Assembly: GCA_964496765.1 (NCBI GenBank) | Contig: CAZCAP010000005.1 | Span: 7,721-39,720 of the forward strand | Direction: 5' to 3' | DNA from: an uncultured archaeon | GTDB taxonomy: Archaea > Iainarchaeota > Iainarchaeia > Iainarchaeales > CSSED10-239 | Length of the DNA: 32,000 nucleotides | Part shown: positions 24,720 to 32,000 of the stretch, piece by piece | How the letters are laid out: each line of letters begins with the position of its first letter | Position numbering within the stretch: the stretch's first letter is position 1 | The notes under the pieces: model-generated | Told to the model about the DNA's origin: nothing | Databases searched by the model: none | Seen by the model: the letters and a program-made list of their open reading frames with translations, nothing else | Position numbers and translations under genes: made by a program

Positions 24720-25652
24720 TTAATCTGCATCTCTTTTTGCCATCTTATTTGCTAAATTATATCCAATAGCCAGTAAATTACTTTCAATAACTAATATTAT
24801 TTTTTCACTAATATTATTTTCTCTTGCAATTTTAGAAAGTAATTTTGAACACTTATTATATTGATTAATTATTGTTACATATGTCCATTTTTTTTCAATA
24901 ACAGGAGTGGTTTTATTTTGTTTGAGATCATCTTCCAGATCTATATAATCATCAATCATTTGAACTAAATAACCAACATCATACATTAAATCAATATATT
25001 TTTTTGGAACAGTAGTATTGATTGTACTATATAATAAATCCATACTTGCTTTAACACCATATTCTCTATAACTCTTTTTATGTGTAATGCTTTTAGCTTC
25101 TGCATCACACCATTTTTCAAAGTATTTAATTTCTGTATAATTAAGCTTACTTGCTAAATATGATAATAATGAAACTAGATTTGATTCATTAGTAGTTGTG
25201 CAATTAAGAGCAGACTTAATTATTTTTGATCTTTTACTTGGAGAATAAATATTTAATTCATGATCAAAAATATGATCTATTACAACATTAAAAGTTGCTG
25301 CATATATAATTTGTTTACGCATTTCTTTTGGAAAGGATATTAAATTTAAAGTTTTTAAAAAATATTTTTCGTTAAGGTTAAGTACTTTTGAGAAATATCT
25401 GTATTTATTATATTTCTTACCACTTACAAAAAGCATAATATATGCTCCAAGAGCATAAACTGCTGTTGTGCCTAGTCTTAACTTAAGATAAAAAGAAGTT
25501 TCTTTAATTTCTGGGCAATATTGATTAACTAAAGGGGCTATATATTTATTAAAATCATTATTTGTTTTTTTTATAATTATTGTAAGTATATTATTATTAG
25601 AATCCTTTTTAAAAAAAGCATATAATCTATTAATTCTTTTAACCCTATTCAT
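24720..25652 (-). CDS. Hypothetical protein with squalene/phytoene-synthase-like (class I isoprenoid synthase) motifs
   Basis: 310 aa. 'FPKEMRKQIIYAATFNVVIDHIFD' aligns by eye with the first Asp-rich region of CrtM/CrtB-type enzymes. 'GYLVQMIDDYIDLEDDLKQNKTTP' aligns with the second (Q..N..RD..ED...). The two lie about 110 aa apart. Confidence as a gene is moderate; confidence in the function is low. Confidence 0.5.
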   Translation of the reverse strand: MNRVKRINRLYAFFKKDSNNNILTIIIKKTNNDFNKYIAPLVNQYCPEIKETSFYLKLRLGTTAVYALGAYIMLFVSGKKYNKYRYFSKVLNLNEKYFLKTLNLISFPKEMRKQIIYAATFNVVIDHIFDHELNIYSPSKRSKIIKSALNCTTTNESNLVSLLSYLASKLNYTEIKYFEKWCDAEAKSITHKKSYREYGVKASMDLLYSTINTTVPKKYIDLMYDVGYLVQMIDDYIDLEDDLKQNKTTPVIEKKWTYVTIINQYNKCSKLLSKIARENNISEKIILVIESNLLAIGYNLANKMAKRDAD

Positions 25653-25750
25653 AAATTATCACATTGTAATATATTAGAATAGAAAAATATATAAATAAAC
25701 AGAATATTTAAGATATATTGATTCTCAGACCTACTTCCTGCAAGAAATAG

Positions 25751-25822
25751 CGCCCCGGGTAGGACTCGAACCTACAACCTATCGATTAACAGTCGATTGC
25801 TCCGCCATTGAGCTACCGAGGC
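25751..25822 (-). tRNA. tRNA-Asn (anticodon GTT)
   Basis: 72-nt cloverleaf. Acceptor GCCTCGG/CCGGGGC, D arm GCTC...GAGC, anticodon stem ATCGA/TCGAT, loop CTGTTAA, T arm GTAGG-TTCGAGT-CCTAC. Confidence 0.9.
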
Positions 25823-25832
25823 ATTAATTAAA

Positions 25833-26459
25833 TTAAATTTTATGTTTGCTTAGGATTTTAATTACCAGATCAAAAGTCTCTTTTGGGGTTAAATTTGTAG
25901 TATCTATTAAATATCTTGGTTCTGGAAATAATTTTTTTAATAACTTATTTTTATTAATTAACTTATAAAAAGCCATGGTTTCTAAATATTGGCTTTTCAT
26001 GAATGTATGTGTTTCAAATTTATCTTGGTTAGGGTCATCTTTAATCCTATCATATGCAATTTTTGGGTCAGCAACTAAATAAATGCTGATTGTTGGTTTT
26101 TCAAAAGCATCTGGTTTAAGAAGATTATTTGTTTCATTATAATCAACTCCCCATGCTTTATTAAATATAAAATGATCCATAAATCCCCGCTGAGAGATAA
26201 TAATTGGCTCTTTTAAACGCCATTCATTTATTTTATAGTTTGTGATTCTATAATCAGCAATAAATAAAATAATATCAGTATAAACATCAGTAAATATTTT
26301 GCCATAACCAGATATCTTTAAAGAATCTCTTACAAATTGATGATATGGTGATTTAAATGAAAGCGCACCATAATATTGTGACAAACTATTTTTCAAAGTT
26401 GTTTTTCCACTACCATCCAGTCCAGTGATTACAATCCATTTTCCTTTTTTCTTTTTCAT
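25833..26459 (-). CDS. P-loop nucleotide/nucleoside kinase, thymidylate-kinase-like
   Basis: 208 aa. Walker A 'ITGLDGSGKTTL', then 'ILFIADYRITNY' (compare the TMK LFaaDR motif) and 'ISQRGFMDH'. Divergent, so the substrate is uncertain. Confidence 0.65.
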   Translation of the reverse strand: MKKKKGKWIVITGLDGSGKTTLKNSLSQYYGALSFKSPYHQFVRDSLKISGYGKIFTDVYTDIILFIADYRITNYKINEWRLKEPIIISQRGFMDHFIFNKAWGVDYNETNNLLKPDAFEKPTISIYLVADPKIAYDRIKDDPNQDKFETHTFMKSQYLETMAFYKLINKNKLLKKLFPEPRYLIDTTNLTPKETFDLVIKILSKHKI

Positions 26460-26494
26460 AACACAACCATTTTATTATAAAAAGATATAAACCA

Positions 26495-27805
26495 CTAAGG
26501 CTTATATCTCACCATTGTTCTTGGGAAAGGAATTGCATCCTTAATTGATTCTGCTCCTATGATATAAGAAATTAATCTCTCAACTCCCATTCCAAATCCA
26601 GAATGTGGAACTGAACCATATCTTCTTGTATCTAAATAAAACTCATAGTGCTCTATCTTCTCACCCTGTGCTAAAAGCTTTTCTTTTAGTTTTTCTAGAG
26701 ATGGTTCCCTCTCGCTTGCTCCAATTATCTCACCATATCCTTCAGGGCCTATACAATCAAATCCAAGAACAACTCTTGGATCTTCAGGATCTTCCTTCAT
26801 GTAAAATGCTTTTACTTCTTTTGGATATCTACTTATAAGTAAGAAAGTATCATACATCTTTGATAACTTATCCTCTTCAATTGTTCTTAAATCCTTACCC
26901 CATTCAACTTCCATTCCTTCTTTTTCTTTTAATATTTGTAATGCATCAGAATAGGTCATTCTAACAAATGGTTTTGAGATTGCAGTTTCTAATTTCTTTA
27001 TATCTCTTTTTAGAATCTCAAGTTCTTCTCTATGTTTTTCAAGAACTCTTTTAATCACATGCTTAAGAAGTCCTTCACCATAATCCTGAAGCTCATCAAA
27101 ATCAATCCAAGCTCCTTCCATTTCTGCATGCCAATATTCTGTTAAATGACGAGAGGTTTTTGATTTTTCTGCTCTAAAGGATGGAGCAATTGTATATATC
27201 TTTCCTAATGCAAAGATTGCTGGCTCAGCGTACAATTGCCAGGTCTGTGCTAGGAACACTCCTTTCTTTTCAAAATAGGGAACCTCAAATAAGGTTGATC
27301 CACCTTCACATTGAACTGATTGAAGAATTGGAGATTGATATTCATAGAAGTCCTTACTTCTAAAATATTCATGAATTGCTCCAAAGATGGTTGATCTTAT
27401 TTTAAGAATCGCACTCATCTTTCTTGATCTTAGCCAAAGATGTCTAACATCTAAAAGGAATTCTTCAGAAAAGTCTTTAGAGATTGGATAGGTTTCTGCA
27501 ATACTTACTATCTCTAAATCTTTTACTTTAAGTTCATAGCCACCAGGTGCTCTATCATCCTTTTTAAGTTCACCCTCAACAGAGAAAAAAGATTCAATGG
27601 TTAATTTCTTTGCATCTTGAAATACTTCTGGTTTAACCTTATCCTCTGACACAACAACCTGAATAATTCCAGTTTCATCTCTGATTGTTATGAACACATC
27701 TGTTTTTTGATCACGAAGACGATACACCCATCCTCTTAGATGAGCTACACCTTCACCTTTCTTAATTGCTTCTTTAATAGAAACAAATTTAATTTTTTCT
27801 TCCAT
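26495..27805 (-). CDS. asnS: Asparaginyl-tRNA synthetase (class IIb)
   Basis: 436 aa. Motif 2 'FRAEKSKTSRHLTEYWHAEME' and motif 3 'GFGMGVERLISYI'. The C-terminal 'IPFPRT' is typical of AsnRS rather than AspRS. AAGGAGA lies upstream. Confidence 0.85.
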   Translation of the reverse strand: MEEKIKFVSIKEAIKKGEGVAHLRGWVYRLRDQKTDVFITIRDETGIIQVVVSEDKVKPEVFQDAKKLTIESFFSVEGELKKDDRAPGGYELKVKDLEIVSIAETYPISKDFSEEFLLDVRHLWLRSRKMSAILKIRSTIFGAIHEYFRSKDFYEYQSPILQSVQCEGGSTLFEVPYFEKKGVFLAQTWQLYAEPAIFALGKIYTIAPSFRAEKSKTSRHLTEYWHAEMEGAWIDFDELQDYGEGLLKHVIKRVLEKHREELEILKRDIKKLETAISKPFVRMTYSDALQILKEKEGMEVEWGKDLRTIEEDKLSKMYDTFLLISRYPKEVKAFYMKEDPEDPRVVLGFDCIGPEGYGEIIGASEREPSLEKLKEKLLAQGEKIEHYEFYLDTRRYGSVPHSGFGMGVERLISYIIGAESIKDAIPFPRTMVRYKP

Positions 27806-28080
27806 AATTAATTTCTCCTTAAGTTTATATATAATAATTGATTTTATAAAACTATTTAGTCTAACAGCTCCTTTGAGTTTATAGACCTATGAATAAATAA
27901 AAGTAGTTTGGCCTAGGGGCCATTAAAGTTTTCTATTGATGTTTCAAAAATTATTTTAACATCAGATTTTAATAATATAGTTTTGTATATCATAAATAAG
28001 ATTAATGATGAGTAATGTTTATAAATAGTTGGGATTGATTAAGATATATTTTATATATTTATAAGATAAGAAAATTAAAA

Positions 28081-28108
28081 TAATTAGATTTTATTTAAAA
28101 TCTAATTA
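28081..28108 (-). terminator. Perfect 12-bp stem / 4-nt loop hairpin overlapping the stop codon of ORF 28106..28690
   Basis: taattagatttt (28081-28092), loop attt, aaaatctaatta (28097-28108). The minus strand continues with ttttaatttt. Confidence 0.4.
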
Positions 28109-28690
28109 TGAATTTATAATTGCACGATGTAGATTGTCAAATCTCCTTTTTAAACTCTGTTTCACTTCATTTACACCCTCATCAATCATATTTAATTTAT
28201 TTGCTGACTTTGGGGTTTGATAAAGTGTTCGTTTATAAGACATTATTTCGGAAGTATATTCTTTTAAAATTTTAAAAAAATAATTATACTCTGATTTGCT
28301 TTTCGCAGTATTCATCCCTACAACCAAATGCTCAAAAATTTGTAAGTTACCATCTATATATTTCTGCATATGATCTATTTGATAAGACTTAACTACAGTA
28401 TTACTTACCCTTTCCCATCCAGAGATTTTTGCGACATTTTTTAAAAAATCTTCAACAAGTATATAATTAGTAAAAACTTTTTTTATATCACCTACAGGGA
28501 TATTTTTTGCATTATGTCTAAGAAACGACAAACCACGTGGAATTGCTCCATTGGTAACTGTTTTTAGATGTTCTTTTATTCTTTTTACATCTTCAATCTT
28601 TGCTTTGTGAGCATCTGATTGTTTTACTTCTCGTTCGAGAGTCAATCTTGATTTTAAATCAATCTTTTTACTTGGTCTTATCTTCCCCAT
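28106..28690 (-). CDS. Hypothetical protein (194 aa)
   Basis: Start moved to MGKIRPS (ATG at 28690), which is preceded by GAGGTG and an ATATATATAT tract. No recognisable motif. It directly follows IleRS. Confidence 0.55.
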   Translation of the reverse strand: MGKIRPSKKIDLKSRLTLEREVKQSDAHKAKIEDVKRIKEHLKTVTNGAIPRGLSFLRHNAKNIPVGDIKKVFTNYILVEDFLKNVAKISGWERVSNTVVKSYQIDHMQKYIDGNLQIFEHLVVGMNTAKSKSEYNYFFKILKEYTSEIMSYKRTLYQTPKSANKLNMIDEGVNEVKQSLKRRFDNLHRAIINS

Positions 28691-28744
28691 AGCAACACCT
28701 CTAATCAATATATATATGAAATACACAAAGATTTAAAAAAGAAA

Positions 28745-31636
28745 CTAGAAAGAGAAAGAAATTTCTTTCTCTATTAATTTTTGTGTGTTATCTTTAATTG
28801 CTCCATGATCAAGAACATCTAGGGTTGTGCTTGTTGCATCCTCTATCTTTTCCTTATTTCTTATTAGGAATTCCTTATCATCAGAAGAAATCTTCAGAGT
28901 CACTTTATCCTTTGGATTAAGATTCATTTTCTTTCTTGCATCTTGAATTGCTCTTGTAAGCTCACTTCTTTCCCATTCATCATTGTAGGTATCTGGAATA
29001 TCTTGATCTAAATAAACAACAAGATCATCATTTATTTCTTTGGATAGGAAATTACCTTTTGGATCATTCTTAACAAGCTCAATCCTTTCAACATTAATCA
29101 TATCCTCCATAATCGGAATGAAATAAATTAATTTTGAAATGTTGCTTGTTTTAATTACAACTCTTGGAAGAACCCATCTTAATCTTTTTTTACTTTCCTC
29201 TCTCAATGATAATGAAGTTGCAATCACATTCTGAGAAAGATTAAAATTGTCTTCTAGATTCTTGCTTATTAAATCCATGTTTGCTAATGGAAGAGAAAGA
29301 AGATGTATTGATTTCTCTTTCCTGTTTTCAAACTTTTGATAAAGATATTCTGTGAAATGTGGTGCAATTGGTGAAAGCATTAGAACAATTGATGAAATAC
29401 AATAACTTAAAACATTATTTTTTTCTTCTCTTTTTCTCAGAAGTTTGATGTAAACTCTACTTAGGTCCTCAAGAACAAACTTCTCTATATCTCCAACCAC
29501 ACGCGAATACTCTGTATTTTCATAGGCCTTGTGGGAATTATCTAAAACATTGTTCAATCTTGAAAGTATCCATTGATCTTCAATAGTTAGATTTTCTTTT
29601 TCTGGATTAAGCTCTGTTATAAAATTTATTTTATCATTATATAGTTTCAGGAAGTTTATTGTGTTATCAAGTAGATTAAATATTCTCTTAATATCTTTGA
29701 ACTTTTTTTCATCAACAACTAAATCAGTTCCAATATATTCTTTTGCAAAATAATACCTGAAATAATCAATTGAATAGAGATTAAACCATTCTTCAAGTGG
29801 TTTATCATTTCCTTCTGATTTAGATAGCTTACGCTTTGAAACATCCAGAACCATTCCATGTAAAGAGATGTGCTTAAATGGTGCTCTATTGAATGCTATG
29901 GTTGAACAAATTAACTGTGAGTTCCACCATCCTCTTATTTGATCGCTTCCTTCAAAGTTGATGTCTGGAGGCCAGTATTGATTGAACTTATCTTTATTTT
30001 CTGGATATCCAAGAGATGCCCAGGATGCAATTCCAGAATCAAACCAAACATCAAATATTTCTGGAACTCTTTTTACTTCTCCACCACATGAACATTTGTA
30101 AGTTATGTTATCAATGTATGGTTTATGAATATCCATTCCTAAATCAAGAGCTGGAAACTTTTCTTTTAATTCTTTTAATGAACCAAATACTTCTATTTTT
30201 TCACAGGTTTCACATTTCCAGATCGGGATTGGAATACCCCAATATCTTGCTCTTGAGATTGGCCAATCAGAGATTGAGTTTAACCAATCATTGAATCTAT
30301 CCTTTGCCCAGGTTGGATACCAGGACACTTCTTTTTCGTTTATTTCCTTTAATCTTTCTCTTAGTTCTTCTGTTTTTAGGAACCACTGAGGAAGAGCAAC
30401 CTGAAGAAGAGGTGAATGACATCTCCAGCAAACAGGATATGCATGTTTAACTTTTCTTTTTCCAAGAATGTTTCCTTTTTCTTGTAAATAATTAATTATG
30501 AAAGGATCAAGCTCTTTAACTTTTTCGTTCTTATGAGATGGAATTGTTTCATCATAGACTCCAGAAATGGTTACTGGACAATAGGCAGGTATATTGTTTT
30601 CATGACCAACTGCATAGTCTTCCTTACCATGCCCAGGAGCACAATGAACTAAACCTGTTCCTTCTTCTAGATGAACAAATCTTGGGCTTGAAATTATTTT
30701 ATAACTTCTTTCTTTATAATCATCAGGAATGTTTATCCATTCTTCTAGAAGTGGTTTATATCTTCTACCAACAAGATCACTACCTTTATGTTCTTCTCCT
30801 AGTAAATAATCATCCTTCCAATTAAGCTCATTAATTATTTTATCAACTAAATCCTTTGCAACAATATATTTTTTTCCTGAATGTATCAATTCAACATAGG
30901 TATAGGATGGATTAATCATGATTCCCATATTTGCTGGAAGAGTCCATGGGGTTGTTGTCCAAATCACATAATAGAGATTAGGGTTGTCAATTGATTGAAT
31001 CCCAACATAGATTGAAGTGTCAGTTAATTCCTGGTGCTCAATCTCATTAAAAGAGACTGATGTTTCACAGGAAGGGCAAACATGAACAGGATACTTACCA
31101 TGATAGAGCATTCCTTTATCAACAGCTTTTTTAAAAGTCCACCAACCAGTTTCCATGTATTTTTTATCAAGAGTTCTGTAGGGATGCTTCCAATCCATCC
31201 ATTGCCCTAGGTTTTCTATTTCTCTTGACATGTCATCAATGTGCTCGGTTGCAAATTTCTTACACTCAGTTATAAATTTTTCAATACCAAATTTTTCAAT
31301 ATCTTCCTTTGATTTTAATGAATACTTAAGCTGTACCTTTCTTTCAATTGGAACACCATGAGTATCAAACCCAGGAGTATCAAGAACCTTGTAACCCATT
31401 TGTCTATGATATCTTATGACAACATCTTTCATAACCCTGTTAAAGGTTGTTCCAATATGTATGCTTCCTGATGCATAGGGAGGTCCATCAATAAAATAAT
31501 AATGTTTTTTTGATTCTTTGGTTCTTACTTTTTCAGGAATATTTTCTCTAATCCAAAGTTTCTTAATTTCCTTTTCTGTAGCATATGAATATTGTACATT
31601 CTCTTTGTTTGTGGATTCATTTTCTTTTGGTACCAT
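28745..31636 (-). CDS. ileS: Isoleucyl-tRNA synthetase
   Basis: 963 aa. 'FIDGPPYASGSIHIGTTFN' (HIGH-type), 'WTTTPWTLPAN', 'DWPISRARYWGIPIPIW', and KMSKS as 'KLSKSEGN'. GGGGGA lies upstream. Confidence 0.95.
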   Translation of the reverse strand: MVPKENESTNKENVQYSYATEKEIKKLWIRENIPEKVRTKESKKHYYFIDGPPYASGSIHIGTTFNRVMKDVVIRYHRQMGYKVLDTPGFDTHGVPIERKVQLKYSLKSKEDIEKFGIEKFITECKKFATEHIDDMSREIENLGQWMDWKHPYRTLDKKYMETGWWTFKKAVDKGMLYHGKYPVHVCPSCETSVSFNEIEHQELTDTSIYVGIQSIDNPNLYYVIWTTTPWTLPANMGIMINPSYTYVELIHSGKKYIVAKDLVDKIINELNWKDDYLLGEEHKGSDLVGRRYKPLLEEWINIPDDYKERSYKIISSPRFVHLEEGTGLVHCAPGHGKEDYAVGHENNIPAYCPVTISGVYDETIPSHKNEKVKELDPFIINYLQEKGNILGKRKVKHAYPVCWRCHSPLLQVALPQWFLKTEELRERLKEINEKEVSWYPTWAKDRFNDWLNSISDWPISRARYWGIPIPIWKCETCEKIEVFGSLKELKEKFPALDLGMDIHKPYIDNITYKCSCGGEVKRVPEIFDVWFDSGIASWASLGYPENKDKFNQYWPPDINFEGSDQIRGWWNSQLICSTIAFNRAPFKHISLHGMVLDVSKRKLSKSEGNDKPLEEWFNLYSIDYFRYYFAKEYIGTDLVVDEKKFKDIKRIFNLLDNTINFLKLYNDKINFITELNPEKENLTIEDQWILSRLNNVLDNSHKAYENTEYSRVVGDIEKFVLEDLSRVYIKLLRKREEKNNVLSYCISSIVLMLSPIAPHFTEYLYQKFENRKEKSIHLLSLPLANMDLISKNLEDNFNLSQNVIATSLSLREESKKRLRWVLPRVVIKTSNISKLIYFIPIMEDMINVERIELVKNDPKGNFLSKEINDDLVVYLDQDIPDTYNDEWERSELTRAIQDARKKMNLNPKDKVTLKISSDDKEFLIRNKEKIEDATSTTLDVLDHGAIKDNTQKLIEKEISFSF

Positions 31637-31893
31637 TCTTTATTCCCCCAAGATTTTAAATTTTGTTTTCTTTTTATCTGGACCTATAAATCTTCTTTGA
31701 AAAACTCTTTTGTAGCAAATAATTCTTGATATAAGAATTATGGCTACAATTATATAATTATAATTGATATAATAGAAATGGATGTTATAGTGCTTACACT
31801 AATCTTATTTAAAAATAAATTAGATTTATTTGTTTGCTTCATATTTAATCAAAGATTTCGTGTTCTTATAAATATATATAACTAAATAGGTTT

Positions 31894-31899
31894 AAAAAA
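31894..31899 (-). terminator. Oligo-T tract (T6 on the minus strand) after the tRNA-Ile trailer hairpin
   Basis: The tRNA trailer contains TCAACC...GGTTGA (6-bp stem, 31925-31948), followed by CTTTTTT on the minus strand. Confidence 0.3.
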
Positions 31900-31948
31900 G
31901 TAGTGGGAAAGAGACTGTTGGGCGTCAACCTACCGAAACCGGTTGAAG

Positions 31949-32000
31949 TGGGAATGGCAGGATTCGAACCTGCGACCCTTGGTGTATAAGACCAATGCTC
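31949..32000 (-). tRNA. tRNA-Ile, anticodon TAT (3' portion; 5' part beyond the window end)
   Basis: Visible on the minus strand: ...GAGC A TTGGT CTTATAC ACCAA GGGTC GCAGG TTCGAAT CCTGC CATTCCC A. The anticodon loop CTTATAC gives UAU. Confidence 0.75.

Noticed and set aside
23751-25822. Integrated mobile element at the 3' end of tRNA-Asn (TA module plus orphan ORF)
   Set aside because: There is no integrase or recombinase ORF. I could not find a direct repeat of the GC-rich tRNA-Asn 3' segment anywhere between cysS and the tRNA, so there is no evidence of att sites.
28005-28011. ATGATGA (C-box-like) in the asnS-upstream gap as part of a C/D box sRNA
   Set aside because: No CTGA D box or C'/D' motifs lie at an appropriate distance on the same strand, so a C/D sRNA is not supported.
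31637-31948. T-box-like or other riboswitch leader linking tRNA-Ile and ileS
   Set aside because: A proximal TATA-like element (about 31684-31691) and a GGGGGA SD motif explain ileS expression. I recognise no conserved riboswitch structure, and T-boxes are a bacterial feature. The small ORFs in this gap (30-35 aa) have no SD motif or other support.
1-32000. CRISPR arrays or long tandem repeats
   Set aside because: Reading through the intergenic regions, I saw no regularly spaced direct repeats. The only repeats are short A/T-rich palindromes and the TTTATAAA boxes.

Overview
The window is AT-rich and gene-dense, and its gene content is clearly archaeal: aIF6, L31e, L39e, S19e, prefoldin alpha, Rpr2, Hjc, Pth2, Kae1 and archaeal DnaG. 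The compactness and the lysine-rich protein tails suggest a small-genome, DPANN-like lineage, but that is inference only. Nearly all genes are on the minus strand. Many starts are preceded by Shine-Dalgarno-like GGAG/GGTGA motifs, and palindromic TTTATAAA TATA boxes are visible.

Core content:
- The conserved archaeal cluster SRP54, FtsY, prefoldin alpha, aIF6, L31e, L39e, S19e, RNase P Rpr2.
- DnaG, Hjc, Pth2 and Kae1.
- Three aminoacyl-tRNA synthetases (CysRS, AsnRS, IleRS).
- Five tRNAs: Gly-GCC, Leu-AAG, Val-UAC, Asn-GUU, and a truncated Ile-UAU.

Accessory or unusual content:
- Three toxin-antitoxin-like modules: HicBA, an AbiEii/AbiEi-like pair, and UPF0175 with a DUF3368 PIN-like protein.
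- A 798-aa secreted protein whose C-terminus looks like a lytic-transglycosylase/lysozyme domain.
- A surface-anchored transglutaminase-like protein divergent from an SdpI-like membrane protein.
- A bacterial queuine-type TGT.
- An orphan squalene/phytoene-synthase-like ORF.
- A four-gene operon of tiny basic ORFs, two of them paralogous.
- A DnaG with an RG-rich extension of about 350 aa.
- Two synthetases sitting next to their cognate tRNAs.
- Two tRNAs whose anticodons (Leu-AAG, Ile-UAU) are atypical for Archaea.

I saw no CRISPR array, reverse transcriptase, integrase or transposase. All functional calls rest on motifs I recognised by eye from memory of the families. No database search was run.
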